DNA of 61,837 nucleotides, filler included, from Candidatus Nezhaarchaeota archaeon WYZ-LMO8 (GTDB lineage Archaea; Thermoproteota; Methanomethylicia; Nezhaarchaeales; WYZ-LMO8), in NCBI GenBank assembly GCA_004347965.1. It is 10 parts of 10 records of this genome, joined end to end, with 100 filler letters (N's around TTAATTAATTAA, not from the genome) between each part and the next. Parts side by side here need not be neighbours in the genome. Positions count along the whole stretch, not along the records: positions 7,683 to 15,222 come from QNVF01000048.1; positions 15,323 to 22,816 come from QNVF01000049.1; 8 more parts are not named here. One strand, 5' to 3'. Shown here piece after piece: positions 9,919-20,891 of the stretch. Both the position numbers and the translations under genes were made by a program. Numbering within the stretch: position 1 is the stretch's first letter; every line of letters begins with the position of its first letter. The notes beneath the pieces are model-generated. The model saw only the letters and a list, made by a program, of their open reading frames with translations, was not told the DNA's origin and did not search any database.

Positions 9919-11964
9919 CTAAGTGAGCTCCCACATCACTCTATACAACGCTACATACGAATTGCAATACACTTTCTCAAAGTGCTTTAAGGATGGAATG
10001 ATGTTGGAAGCATCGGATTGTAGACCCTCTATACCCAAAACGAGCCTTGTTAAGATAGCATTAGGGTCACTTATTACCCACCTCCACGCTCCCATAATTA
10101 ATTGAAGCTGGAAAGGTGGCGTTGGGTAGCCAGCTATGAATGCTATAGCGTGACTCTTGGGGATCTCTTCAAGCGAGACAATTACGTAGACCTCCTTGCC
10201 TTCCAACCCGAAGCTCTGATTTAAAATGTTCAGAGCCTCATTCTCATCACTTGACATAAAGAACTTTGCTACAACAACGTTTCTCCATTCATAGAAGTTA
10301 CCTGGATCGACAACCGTCGTCCTATTGGCATAGTATTGTATCATATAACCATAATCCCACCAAGAGATTATTATTGCGCCTGAGGTTGTATTCTCCTTAA
10401 GCCAATCTAAAGCTTGAAGCCATTGGGAGTAACCGCTCATGCCTAAGCTTTTATAGATTGTTGCATGACTGGTTATCGGGCCGTTCTCAATAGAGTATGT
10501 GGGGATAGCGAACGTTGATGAGACTACGAGAGCTGCTAATATTATGGAGAGAGCAAGACCTAGAAGAGCTTTTTCGTTTAGCTCGAGACGTTTCTTCCTC
10601 TTAACGAGGAGCTTAGAGCTGCAGTAGTCTATAATCCTTGATAGTGTAGCTCCAGCCATAATGGACGCTGTCAGTGACAAGAACATCAGCAACCTAATCT
10701 CCGAGCTAGCTAAAATAGCAGATACAGCGAACATTGAAAGCAAGAAGAGGTAGTTGTTCCTAGATGTTGGGTCCTTAACGTCTCTTGGCACTAAAGCAAG
10801 TATGGCGAGTATTATAGGGAAGCCAACTTGATTCCATACATCAAAAAGTGTAGGTTGTTTAGACTCAGCAACTGTTAAGCGAACTAACCCTTTACTACCG
10901 AAGAGCCAGTTGATAAGCCCAGCAACGTAGCTCCACTCTACAATCACCACGGCTACCATAAGGGCGATAACTAGGGGTACAACAAACCTTCTTTTTAACC
11001 ATCTTAAAGCAATTAATGGTAAAGATGCACCTATTGGTATTAGAAATGTTACAGACCAAAAGAAGCTTAGACCACCGTACCTAGCTGTTGAGAAAGCGAC
11101 GAATGTACCTGATACAACCATTACGATCAAATAGGGTATGAAGATTAAGCCGAGGTTTCTTGAATCTTCACCAAAGAAAAGCATTAGTAAAGCATATGCT
11201 GCTAAGACTAGGTACGTGAAGAGATAGCCTGCCCATCCAAGAGCTGATACTCCTATTAATATGCCTGAGAGAAGAGATAGTATGATTGAGATTGTGAAGG
11301 TCTTCTTATATCCTTCAGTTGCAACCTTCATAATTGTATTAAATGATGTGAAGGCTAGGGTTAAAGCGGCAAACATTAATGGCGTCGTGAAGGCTTCCTT
11401 ATCGCAGAAGCCTTCAAAGGATCTGAGGATGAAAGCTGGTGCTGAAGCTGCTAAGAAGGCTGCTATAACTCCAGAAGACCTGGAACCCGTAATCTTCTTA
11501 CTAATAAAATAGATGGGTACTACGATTAGGGGGGCAAAGAAAGCAGGTAGCCAAATGGCAATATCGAGAGGTCGTAAACCCGTTAACCAAGAGAAGCCCG
11601 CTATAAACCATGGGACCAATAATAGCTCTTGTCTAGGGTCGAAGCCCTCGGGGTAATACCTTAAGGTGTCGTTAGAGGGTAGAGAACCATTATCTAATAA
11701 GCACTCTGCATATCTAAGGTGTACGTAGGGATCATCACCTGTAAGCACTTGTTGCTCTGAGAAGGCTGGTAATGTTCTAAGCCAAACACCTAGAAGGTAA
11801 GACAAACCAAGCATTAAGACAACAAGGAGAAGCTTGTGCTTAAGTAGACTCTCATACCACCATATCGTTTTACCGGTCTGCCTAATGGTCTTCATGGAGG
11901 TCTTTGAGCTAGGATGCTTAGCACGGCTTTTGAGATCCTTTCGCGAGCCTTGCCCGTATACCAT
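9919..11964 (-). CDS. aglB: Oligosaccharyltransferase AglB (STT3 family)
   Basis: Multi-TM; GDDPY, DKE, TVAE, WWDYG and DK-like EEIPK motifs. Confidence 0.9.
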   Translation of the reverse strand: MVYGQGSRKDLKSRAKHPSSKTSMKTIRQTGKTIWWYESLLKHKLLLVVLMLGLSYLLGVWLRTLPAFSEQQVLTGDDPYVHLRYAECLLDNGSLPSNDTLRYYPEGFDPRQELLLVPWFIAGFSWLTGLRPLDIAIWLPAFFAPLIVVPIYFISKKITGSRSSGVIAAFLAASAPAFILRSFEGFCDKEAFTTPLMFAALTLAFTSFNTIMKVATEGYKKTFTISIILSLLSGILIGVSALGWAGYLFTYLVLAAYALLMLFFGEDSRNLGLIFIPYLIVMVVSGTFVAFSTARYGGLSFFWSVTFLIPIGASLPLIALRWLKRRFVVPLVIALMVAVVIVEWSYVAGLINWLFGSKGLVRLTVAESKQPTLFDVWNQVGFPIILAILALVPRDVKDPTSRNNYLFLLSMFAVSAILASSEIRLLMFLSLTASIMAGATLSRIIDYCSSKLLVKRKKRLELNEKALLGLALSIILAALVVSSTFAIPTYSIENGPITSHATIYKSLGMSGYSQWLQALDWLKENTTSGAIIISWWDYGYMIQYYANRTTVVDPGNFYEWRNVVVAKFFMSSDENEALNILNQSFGLEGKEVYVIVSLEEIPKSHAIAFIAGYPTPPFQLQLIMGAWRWVISDPNAILTRLVLGIEGLQSDASNIIPSLKHFEKVYCNSYVALYRVMWELT

Positions 11965-12090
11965 GAAACCCTTATGAATAACATGACACCTCTAGCTCGC
12001 AATTAACTTTAAGTTTATCCCACTAAAGTTTAAAGTTTTTTAATAGCTTTAGTATTAGGGCTAGCAAACCATTACGCAAGAAGAGAAAAG

Positions 12091-15000
12091 ATGCTTGAGG
12101 AGATGAGTAGGGTAAGCTTAGGAGTGATGAGTGTGAAGTTAAAGTATTATGAGCCTACAAGAATTGAACAATACATAAGAAGTTACTGGAATGAGGGGGG
12201 CTTAATAAGCAAGTGTTTTGATGCAAGGAGAGGTAAAAAGCTCTTTAGCTTCTTGGAGGGCCCCCCTACAACCAATGGTTTCATGCACGTTGGTCATGCA
12301 AGAGGTAGAACGCTCAAGGATGTTGTCATCAAGTTTAAGCTAATGCAGGGATTTGATGTGTGGCGCCGTGCTGGATGGGATACTCAAGGCTTACCGGTTG
12401 AACTTGAAGCTGAGAAGAGCCTGGGATTGAGGACCAAGAAGGACATAGAGCTCGTGGGTTACGAGAAGTTTGTAGAGGAGTGTAATAGGCTCGTGAACTA
12501 CTACATGAGTCATTGGAGGAAGTCATCGGAGTTATTAGGGCTATGGCTAGACTATGATAACGCTTACGAGACTAGAAAGAGGGAGTACATAGAGTTCATA
12601 TGGTGGGCCTTAAAGCAAGCATACGAGAAGGGATTGTTGGTTGAAGATCTCAAAGTTATAGCGTTTTGCCCTCGCTGTGAAACACCTTTATCTGATCAAG
12701 AAGTGGCATTGGGTTATGCAAGCGTTGAAGATCCATCAATTTATGTGAAGATCCCGCTACTAAGTCAGAACTCCACGTACGTAATCATTTGGACCACAAC
12801 TCCTTGGACACTACCTGCAAATGAGGCTGTGTGTCTACATCCCGATGAAGGTTATGTCGAGGTTGAAGTACAAGGTGAGAGATGGATTTTAGCTGAAAAG
12901 CTCTTAGAGAAAGTCATGAAGGAAGTTAGAGTGAGAGAGTATAAATTAATTAGAAGACTTCTTGGCTCAGAGCTTGAAGGTACTAGGTATCTACATCCAT
13001 TGCTTGATGAGGTGCCAGAGCATAAAATGCATGAACATTCTCACGTGATAACTTGCGATCAAGGAGTCAGTATGGAGGAAGGAAGTGGTTGCGTGCATAT
13101 AGCTCCAGCTCATGGACCAGAGGACTTCGAAATAGGCAGAAGATACTCTTTACCCATATTTTGTCCAGTTGATGTCAATGGTGTTTACACTCATGAGGCT
13201 GGCAAGTATAGGGGCATGTACGTGAAGGATGCTAACAAGCTAATAATTGAGGACTTAAGGAAGAAAGGATTGTTGGTTTATGAGGGAACCGTAGTTCATG
13301 ATTATCCTCACTGTTGGAGATGCGATACTCCCCTGATCTATAGAGCTGATAAACAATGGTTCTTACGGATAGAACCCATCAAGAGCGTGATCCTAGAGGA
13401 GAATAGAAGGGTGAGGTGGGTTCCTCCTTGGGCTGGTGAAGCTAGGTTTCATAACTGGATAATTAATGCAAGAGACTGGTGCATATCGCGCTCACGTATA
13501 TGGGGCTCACCATTAAACGTATGGACTTGTACTAGCTGTAATGCTAGGGTCTGCGTTGGATCCCTTGAAGAACTCAAGAGGCTGGCTTTAACTCCTATAG
13601 AGACTAACATAGATCTACATAGACCTTGGATAGATGCAGTGAAGCTTAAATGTCCTAACTGTGGAGGCGAAATGAGAAGAGAGCCTTACGTCTTAGATTG
13701 TTGGCTTGATTCTGGTGTAGCACATGCAGCTAGCGTCAATTACCTAGAAGATAGGGTCTTATTCGAGAAGGTTTTCCCTTATGATTTCATAACTGAGGCG
13801 GTAGATCAGACAAGAGGATGGTTCTTCTCATTGATATTTACAAGCGTAATGCTCTTTGGTAAGTCCCCATATAAGAGCGTGCTATGTCAAGGACACGTGC
13901 TTGATAAATTGGGCCAAAAAATGTCAAAAAGCAAAGGAAACGTTGTGTGGGCTCTGGACGTCATAGAGAAAGAAGGTGCAGACCCATTACGCTTGTATTT
14001 AGTTATGAAAGCTGCTCCCTGGGAATCGTTAAACTTTGACGTTGATGAGCTAAAAGCCTTTAAACGCTTATTGAATACGATATTCAATGTCTTTAAGTTT
14101 GCTAGTACTTACATGGAGCTCGATAAGTTCAATTACACAAAACACCCCATAGAAAGCTTTCTCGAAAAGCTAGGTCCAGAGGACCGATGGGTTCTTTCAA
14201 GAATCCAAACGGTGATAGAACAAGTAACTTCAAACATCGAAAACTTTAACATCCACGAGGCTGCAAAGGCTATCGTAAACTTCTTAATTGAAGACTTAAG
14301 CCATGGCTACATAAGGTTCATCAGGAGAAGAGTGTGGTTAGAGGAGGAAGATGTAGAAAAGTTGATGACGTATGGCGTCTTGTACTATGTCCTTGATAGA
14401 GCTTTAAGATTACTTGCACCATTCACTCCACACCTAGCAGAATGGCTATACTTAGAGTTCATGAGGAAAGTTAGTGACGTGAAGGAGGACAGTATATTCA
14501 TGCTGGAGTGGCCATCAGTGGAACATAAGTTCATTAATAAGGAGCTTGAAGAGGTAGCGAGACAACTCATGAACTCTCTGACCCTCATAGCTAATGCTAG
14601 GCAGAAAGCTAAGCTCAAGAGTAGATGGCCGGTATCTGAGGTGGTTGTTGTCCTCTTTAATGAGGAATTAGCTAAAAAGTTAAAGATCTTCCAACGCGTA
14701 CTTCAAGAACAAGCTAATGCCAGGAATGTAACCATAACTGACAAGATACCTAGTTATGTAAGACTAAAAATAAGGGTTCGAGAAAATGTTGGAAGAAAAC
14801 TTAGAGAAAAAGCTACACGCTTACATGATGTGCTGGATATGATTAGCCTTGAAGACGCTTTAAGAGAACTTTGCGCTCACGGCAAAATGAGCATTAACTT
14901 AGAGGGTGAAGAGGTTTACTTAGATAATGAGGACATAGAGGTGATTGGAGAAGGGGGAGATGGTAAGTGGGTCTTCGCCCTAGGCAAGTATATGCTCGTA

Positions 15001-15222
15001 TGCCTGAACACGACGCGTGATAGAGAGTTGGAGGCAGAGGCCCTCGTTAGAGAGATAGTTCGTAGAGTGCAATACATGCGTAAAGAGCTTGATTTAAACG
15101 TTGAGGATTACGTAGACTTAATAATTAAAGCTGAAGAGGGGGCCTTGGCCATCTTGAGCTCAAAAAACATTGACTACCTAAAGAGTGAAGTTAGAGCGAA
15201 GAGACTAGATATTGTTGGCAAA
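12091..15222 (+). CDS. ileS: Isoleucine--tRNA ligase, 3' truncated
   Basis: EGPP, HVGH (HIGH), WTTTPWTLP, DWCISRSRIWG, DQTRGWF, KMSKS. Confidence 0.97.
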
Positions 15223-15322
15223 NNNNNNNNNNNNNNNNNNNNNNNNNNNNNNNNNNNNNNNNNNNNTTAATTAATTAANNNNNNNNNNNNNNNNNNNNNN
15301 NNNNNNNNNNNNNNNNNNNNNN
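15223..15322. other. Artificial contig-joining spacer
   Basis: N44-TTAATTAATTAA-N44. Confidence 0.99.
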
Positions 15323-16077
15323 GGTCTAATTAACTTCACTAGTTTGTGAACGTGGTTTCTATAGTGATAACTTAAATTTTGAGGTGTTGTCCTTGCTTTT
15401 GATGCTAAAGCTCCGATGTTCGTAAATACGTCGTACTCTAAGTGATGAAGTATTAGTAGGTCATAGAAGTCGAAGGTAGTACTTGATGCTGAGGTTTTAA
15501 GGTCGTGAAGCATATCTAAATGTTCAGAATCAATATTTGAAATTACGTCATTTAACAGGGACGGCCACTTAAAGCACCATACATCCTTGGAGAAATCATA
15601 CCACTCAAAACCCATTACGATGTTCCTAGTCGTTATCACAGGTCGAATCAAATAATCCTCTATTATACCATAGCATCGAAGCACTTCTAAGAATGATGTA
15701 AGGTCACTTTCTAAACCACAAGGTATTAGGAAGACACAATGAATTCCCTTACTCATCCCATAGTAGGAGGCAACATAGATTACGTAATCGTTTTGAGATA
15801 AGGACTTTAACACTATATCACGATGTAACATCGATTCTATAGGAAGAAAACAGCCAAATAGTTGCAGCTTTATCCTCTCATAGTCTGGTACAGCTTTCAC
15901 AGCAAAATACATGTCATCTCTTAGCTTCTTAAACATGTGGTAAACATATGATTGTGAAACATTAAGAAGGAAAGCTAAATCCTTAATTGAGATTAAGCCG
16001 CCTTGAAAACAAGATTCTATAAAATTGGACATTTGTTTTGTGTAATGAAAACTGGACTTGTAAATAGTTACATTCAT
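15323..16077 (-). CDS. Tandem HTH (Lrp/AsnC-like) transcriptional regulator, 3' truncated
   Basis: First HTH SIKDLAFLLNVSQSYVY; second unit DFYDLLILHHLEYD..IGALASKARTTPQNLSYHY. Confidence 0.7.
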
Positions 16078-16492
16078 AACGAAAGATAGTTAAATATTCA
16101 TAAATAAAATTTTTTCTTTTTATCAACCTTTAAAGTGGTGGCATTGGAATTGGTCCCGGAACCATATAGAACACCGAAGAGTTATTGGAAAAAGTAAAAG
16201 AAAAACAATACTGCATTATAAATTAAAATATTATAGAATATTACATGCGAATTACTTGAAAGGATCGATACTTGAAACGCCCAGTAATTATGTAGTAGCC
16301 AATTTTTAAATGCAATTTTTATATTAAATGTTTAAATGTAATTGAGCTTGTATTGGAAATTTTTAAACGATTGTTTACAAAATATCTTAATGGGCTTCAT
16401 CTTCTCCTTTCTTTTTTACAATGTAAAGGTGTGAAGATAATTCGAATTTTTAAAAGATATCTGTTAATATATCTCTATATCTGTAGCATTTC
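16078..16492. promoter_or_regulatory. Long, very AT-rich divergent intergenic region with five YAYTKGAAW direct repeats
   Basis: cattggaat 16142, tattggaaa 16183, tacttgaaa 16253 and 16269, tattggaaa 16351; A/T tracts. Confidence 0.45.
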
Positions 16493-17014
16493 ATGCCATT
16501 AACTACTGTTGATATTCCAAAGGATATTATTGATTATTTGGATGACTTGATTGCTAGGGGGGTTAAGAGGAGCCGTAAAGAGGTGGTTCTAGAGGCTCTA
16601 CGTTATTACAGGATGTTCACGATGGAGGATTGGAATCCTCCGAGGTATCAGTTAGGCTCGGTTAAGCTAGTCTTCTTAAACGTTGAGGGGCTATTTGAGG
16701 TTGCTAAGGAGGTTGATGGCGAGAAGCTCGTAGAGGCTGGTCGTAGAGCTGGTTACATACTGAGAGATCACTTGATTGCTAACTTGGGCTTTAAGCTCAT
16801 TGAGGGTGGGTCTTGGGAGGAGGTCTTTGAGTTTCTGAAGAACATGGGCTGGGGGGTGTTTAGGAGGGCTGACGACAAGATATTGGCGAGTAACTTGAGT
16901 ATCCCAGCACCTCTAATTCAAGGATACTTAGAGGCTCTGCTTGGTATTAGGCTTAGAACATTGCCCACTAAGGCTCAGGATGTAGCGATATTCGAGATAG
17001 AAAAGGGTGGTTGA
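16493..17014 (+). CDS. Ribbon-helix-helix (CopG/NikR-type) regulator fused to V4R-like ligand-binding domain
   Basis: TTVDIPKDIIDYLDDLIARGVKRSRKEVVLEALR RHH; EAGRRAG, GWG, IQGYLEALLG V4R-like pattern. Confidence 0.7.
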   Translation: MPLTTVDIPKDIIDYLDDLIARGVKRSRKEVVLEALRYYRMFTMEDWNPPRYQLGSVKLVFLNVEGLFEVAKEVDGEKLVEAGRRAGYILRDHLIANLGFKLIEGGSWEEVFEFLKNMGWGVFRRADDKILASNLSIPAPLIQGYLEALLGIRLRTLPTKAQDVAIFEIEKGG

Positions 17015-17019
17015 GGGTT

Positions 17020-17157
17020 ATGAAGAGGGTTGCGATCTTAGTTCTCGTAGCATCGAAGAATGATCCTAAAGCTGATGAAGAGCTTGCAAGTCTGTTAGAA
17101 AACATGAAGGAAATGAGTGCCTGGTCCATTGATAGAGTCATTGAAGGTGAAGCTTAA
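17020..17157 (+). CDS. Small hypothetical protein (45 aa, missing from ORF track)
   Basis: MKRVAILVLVASKNDPKADEELASLLENMKEMSAWSIDRVIEGEA; starts 5 nt after RHH gene with GAGGG RBS and fills the gap to gatB. Confidence 0.65.
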   Translation: MKRVAILVLVASKNDPKADEELASLLENMKEMSAWSIDRVIEGEA

Positions 17158-17170
17158 GAGAGCTTTCAAT

Positions 17171-18613
17171 TTATTTTTTTAGCTCTCTTAGTTTTTCTAT
17201 CCTCTTAGATACTATCTGAAACGTTATCTTGGGATCTGCAAGCATCTTGGTCTCTTTTAATACTTCACCTACAAGTTTATGCACGACCTTCGGTTCTCTT
17301 AAGGCTTCCTCCACGTCTTCTCGATACTTCTCAAAGACCATGTCCACGTACTTCTCTATTTCTTCAATGCTTGCTATCCTCCTTATCCCTTCAATTTCAA
17401 CTATCTTTCTGGGATGCTCCCCGGTTTCAACCATCTTTCTTAAAACGTACTTTGCAGACTTCCAGCTTATGGTCCCCTCATCAACCATTCTTAGTAGCTC
17501 AGATACTTCTAGTGGCGTGAACTTGAGGTCCCTTACGCCTATGTTCTTCTCATTGAGCAATCTCAATAGCTCGTTTATCACAAGGTTGCAATCGATCTTC
17601 GGATTCCCGTGGATCGAGACCAGCTTCTCGAAGAAGTCTGCTAGGTGCTTGTCTGAGGTTAAGACTCTAGCTTCGTACTCTGTCAAGCCGTATTGCTTTA
17701 CTAACCTAATCCGCCTAGTTGCTGGTAGCTCTGGTAGCTGTTCCTTGATCTTCTTGATCATTTCGTCGGCTATCTCTATTGGTACTAGATCCGGCTCTGG
17801 GAAGTACCTGTAATCCATCTCCTCCTCCTTAGCCCTAAGAGCTACAGTTACTCTTCTTACTTCGTCCCAATGTCTTGTCTCTCTCTTCACTTGAACCCCT
17901 CTTCTCAATAGATTTCGCTGCCTTATGATTTCGTATGATAAAGCCCTCTCCACCTCCTTGAAGGAGGTTATGTTCTTTATTTCGACCCTACTTCCTCCCT
18001 CAATTGAGATGTTGGCGTCACACCTCATGGAACCCTCAAGGCTTCCATCAGAGACATCTAGATGCTCCAGTATGGACCTCAATTCTTGTAGGAAAGCCTT
18101 TGCCTCGGTGGGTGTCTCCATGTCCGGCTCAGTTACGACCTCAAGTAAGGCAATCCCCATCCTATTGTAATCCACTAGAGTGTAGGGTGATGATTCTATG
18201 CTTCCCTTGTACACTATTCTTCCAGGATCTTCCTCTATGTGGACCCTCTTTATCCTAATAACCTTGTCGGTGCCATTGACGTTTATCGTTACCTGACCGT
18301 CAACTGCTAACGGGTAATCGTACTGAGAAATCTGAAAGTTCTTACTTAAATCTGGGTAGAAGTAGTTCTTTCGATAGAAGACCATTCTCCTATTTATCTT
18401 GCAGTTCAGTGCAAGAGCTACCTTGATCGCCTCCTCGACTGCCCTTCTATTCAAGTATGGGAGAGAACCTGGAAGTCCTAGGCATGTAGGGCACACATTC
18501 GTGTTCGGCGGCTTCCCTCTATAGTCAGCTGGGCACCTGCAGAAGAGCTTAGTCTTTAAGCTTGTCATTTGGCAGTGGCACTCAAGCCCTATCTTCACTT
18601 TGATGTCGCTCAT
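17171..18613 (-). CDS. gatB: Asp/Glu-tRNA amidotransferase subunit B
   Basis: IGLECHCQ, RKNYFYPD, HIEEDPG, GSMRCDANIS, DYRYFPEPDL. Confidence 0.97.
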   Translation of the reverse strand: MSDIKVKIGLECHCQMTSLKTKLFCRCPADYRGKPPNTNVCPTCLGLPGSLPYLNRRAVEEAIKVALALNCKINRRMVFYRKNYFYPDLSKNFQISQYDYPLAVDGQVTINVNGTDKVIRIKRVHIEEDPGRIVYKGSIESSPYTLVDYNRMGIALLEVVTEPDMETPTEAKAFLQELRSILEHLDVSDGSLEGSMRCDANISIEGGSRVEIKNITSFKEVERALSYEIIRQRNLLRRGVQVKRETRHWDEVRRVTVALRAKEEEMDYRYFPEPDLVPIEIADEMIKKIKEQLPELPATRRIRLVKQYGLTEYEARVLTSDKHLADFFEKLVSIHGNPKIDCNLVINELLRLLNEKNIGVRDLKFTPLEVSELLRMVDEGTISWKSAKYVLRKMVETGEHPRKIVEIEGIRRIASIEEIEKYVDMVFEKYREDVEEALREPKVVHKLVGEVLKETKMLADPKITFQIVSKRIEKLRELKK

Positions 18614-20061
18614 AACCTTACCTCCTTAGAGACCTTAGTGTGGAAGTTAGTTTCATCCTGGATGCACTTCGCTACTGTCAGCAGTAAGTCTTCACAGCAG
18701 TGGTTAGCCATGAACTGTGCTCCTACCGGTAGCCCATCAATGAAGCCTGCTGGAACCGATATCGCTGGCACTCCTGCTAAATTCGCTACAACAGTATCTA
18801 CATCAGCCATGTAGAGAGCTAGCGGATCTTCCACCCTCTCACCTATCTTGAATGGAGGGAATGGAGTTGTCGGAGTCACTATGACGTCGAAGCTCTTCAG
18901 TATTGAGAGTACATGATTCCTTATCATCGTCCTAAGCTTCAAGGCCTTGAGGTAGTATCTTCCGTAATAGCCAGCTGAGAGAGCAAAACAGCCTAGTATT
19001 ATCCTCCTCTTAACTTCTATTCCGAAACCTTCACCTCTAATCTTTGAGTAAGAGTCGTACCAAGGCAACGATAAGTCGCATGGAGGACCGTACCTTACTC
19101 CGTCATACCTAGCTAGGTTCGAGCTGGCTTCAGACATTGCTATAATGTAGTAGCAGGCAAGGACGTAGCGAGCTAGTGGGAAGGATATCTCCTCGTAGAT
19201 CGCTCCGTGAGACTCCAACAGCTTTATAATGTCCCACACTCTGTTAGCGACTCTTTCGTCAGTTCCTTCACCGAAAAACTCCTTAGGTACTGCCATCCTC
19301 AGGCCCTTCACTTCTCTCGGAGTCCACTTAAACTTGTAGTCTATCATTGTTGAGTCAAAGCAGTCTTTGCCGGTAATGACTTCCATCAATAATGCGCAGT
19401 CATTGACGTCCACAGTCATAGGCCCTATTTGCTCAAGACTGCAAGCATAAGATATCAGACCGTACCTGCTAACGGTGCCGTAAGTTGGCTTTAAGCCAAC
19501 TATGTTGCAGAAGGATGCTGGACACCTTATTGAGCCTCCAGTATCTGATCCCAGCGCTATAGGCGCCATTCTCGCTGCTACTGCTGCTCCACTTCCACCA
19601 GACGAGCCTCCGACGACCCTCTCTAAGTTCCATGGGTTTCTCGTGGGCCCGTAAGCGCTTAGCTCCGTCGAAGAGCCCATAGCAAACTCGTCCATGTTCG
19701 TCTTCCCTATGATTATCGCTCCCTCAGCCTTAAGTCTCCTTATTACTGTGGCGTCGTAAGGAGGAACGTAGCCTTTCAATATCTTTGATGCACAAGTGGT
19801 CTCTATCCCCTTAGTTGATATAACGTCCTTCACAGCTATTGGAACGCCAATAAGCTTCCCAGGGAAACCCTTTTTCAAGCGCTTCTCAAGTTCTTCAGCA
19901 CTTCTTCTCGCATGTTCTTCAGCTATCGTTATGAAGGCATTTATTTTGGGGTTAAGCTTCTTCGCTCTATCAAGATAAGTCTCTACTACATCTACTGGGC
20001 TCAGTGAACCAGTCAAAACTAACTTGACTATCTGCTTCGCAGTCAATGAGGTAACGTCCAC
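18610..20061 (-). CDS. gatA: Asp/Glu-tRNA amidotransferase subunit A
   Basis: GKTNMDEFAMGSS, GGSSGGS, GSDTGGSIRCPA, EVKRRI. Confidence 0.97.
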   Translation of the reverse strand: MDVTSLTAKQIVKLVLTGSLSPVDVVETYLDRAKKLNPKINAFITIAEEHARRSAEELEKRLKKGFPGKLIGVPIAVKDVISTKGIETTCASKILKGYVPPYDATVIRRLKAEGAIIIGKTNMDEFAMGSSTELSAYGPTRNPWNLERVVGGSSGGSGAAVAARMAPIALGSDTGGSIRCPASFCNIVGLKPTYGTVSRYGLISYACSLEQIGPMTVDVNDCALLMEVITGKDCFDSTMIDYKFKWTPREVKGLRMAVPKEFFGEGTDERVANRVWDIIKLLESHGAIYEEISFPLARYVLACYYIIAMSEASSNLARYDGVRYGPPCDLSLPWYDSYSKIRGEGFGIEVKRRIILGCFALSAGYYGRYYLKALKLRTMIRNHVLSILKSFDVIVTPTTPFPPFKIGERVEDPLALYMADVDTVVANLAGVPAISVPAGFIDGLPVGAQFMANHCCEDLLLTVAKCIQDETNFHTKVSKEVRL

Positions 20062-20064
20062 TTG

Positions 20065-20370
20065 CTACACCATCCTCGGGGCCTTGATGTAACCTTCTTC
20101 TTTGTGACCAGCATTTGCTAATGTCTCGCCTTGCGTTAAGCTGTCTCCACCCACTTCATCCTCTCTCATGACGTTTGAAACGTTTAACACGTGGAAAGCT
20201 GGTTCTACATCGGCTACTTCAACTTCATCTATGATGCTGAAGTACTCCAATATTCTGTTTAAATCTCTTAGAATAATCTTCTTCTCGCTCTCCGTCAACC
20301 TTAGCCTTGCAAGCTCAGATAGGTATTCAAGAGTCTCAGGAGTGATGATTGCTTCTCTGCTATCACCCAT
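20065..20370 (-). CDS. gatC: Asp/Glu-tRNA amidotransferase subunit C
   Basis: LSELARL..NVMREDE..GYIKAPR; likely start ATG 20370 because the longer track ORF overlaps the next gene. Confidence 0.9.
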   Translation of the reverse strand: MGDSREAIITPETLEYLSELARLRLTESEKKIILRDLNRILEYFSIIDEVEVADVEPAFHVLNVSNVMREDEVGGDSLTQGETLANAGHKEEGYIKAPRMV

Positions 20371-20483
20371 AGTACTCACTTTGATAGCTGTTAACTGGCT
20401 CTTAACAATATCGCTAGGAGCTGGGGAAAAGGCTTTAAACCTATTTAATGATGTCTTTACTCTCTCAGTAAGAGGTCCTTTAG

Positions 20484-20888
20484 ATGAAGCTGGAGGTACT
20501 AGAAGAGAAGTGCGCTGCATGCGGCGTATGTGAGCTTACGTGCGCTCTAAGACGCTTTAAAGCTAATAATCCGAAGAAGGCGATGATAAGGGCAGAAATG
20601 ATAGTTCTTAAGGATGACGTGAAGGTTCGCGTTAAAGTATGCAGAATTTGTGAGGAGAAGCCATGCATCAAAACCTGTCCCACAGGTGCTTTAAAGTTTA
20701 ATGGTCGATGGATTGAGGTCGATGAGACTCTATGTACACTATGCAGAGCTTGCGCTTCCGTATGCCCCTTTGAGGCCATATTCTTTCATCGTGATGTCAG
20801 AGGTCCCCTTATATGCAATTTATGTAGTGGAGATCCTCAATGCGTTAAGATGTGTCCCATGGAAGTTCTTAAGGTAGTTAACGTGTAG
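20484..20888 (+). CDS. Multi-[4Fe-4S] electron-transfer subunit (DmsB/HycB-like)
   Basis: CAACGVCELTC, CRICEEKPCIKTCP, CTLCRACASVCP, CNLC..CVKMCP. Confidence 0.92.
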   Translation: MKLEVLEEKCAACGVCELTCALRRFKANNPKKAMIRAEMIVLKDDVKVRVKVCRICEEKPCIKTCPTGALKFNGRWIEVDETLCTLCRACASVCPFEAIFFHRDVRGPLICNLCSGDPQCVKMCPMEVLKVVNV

Positions 20889-20891
20889 AGC

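Noticed and set aside
20371..20520. Long N-terminal extension on gatC in the ORF track
   Set aside because: It overlaps the divergent ferredoxin gene and promoter; ATG 20370 gives a normal-length GatC.
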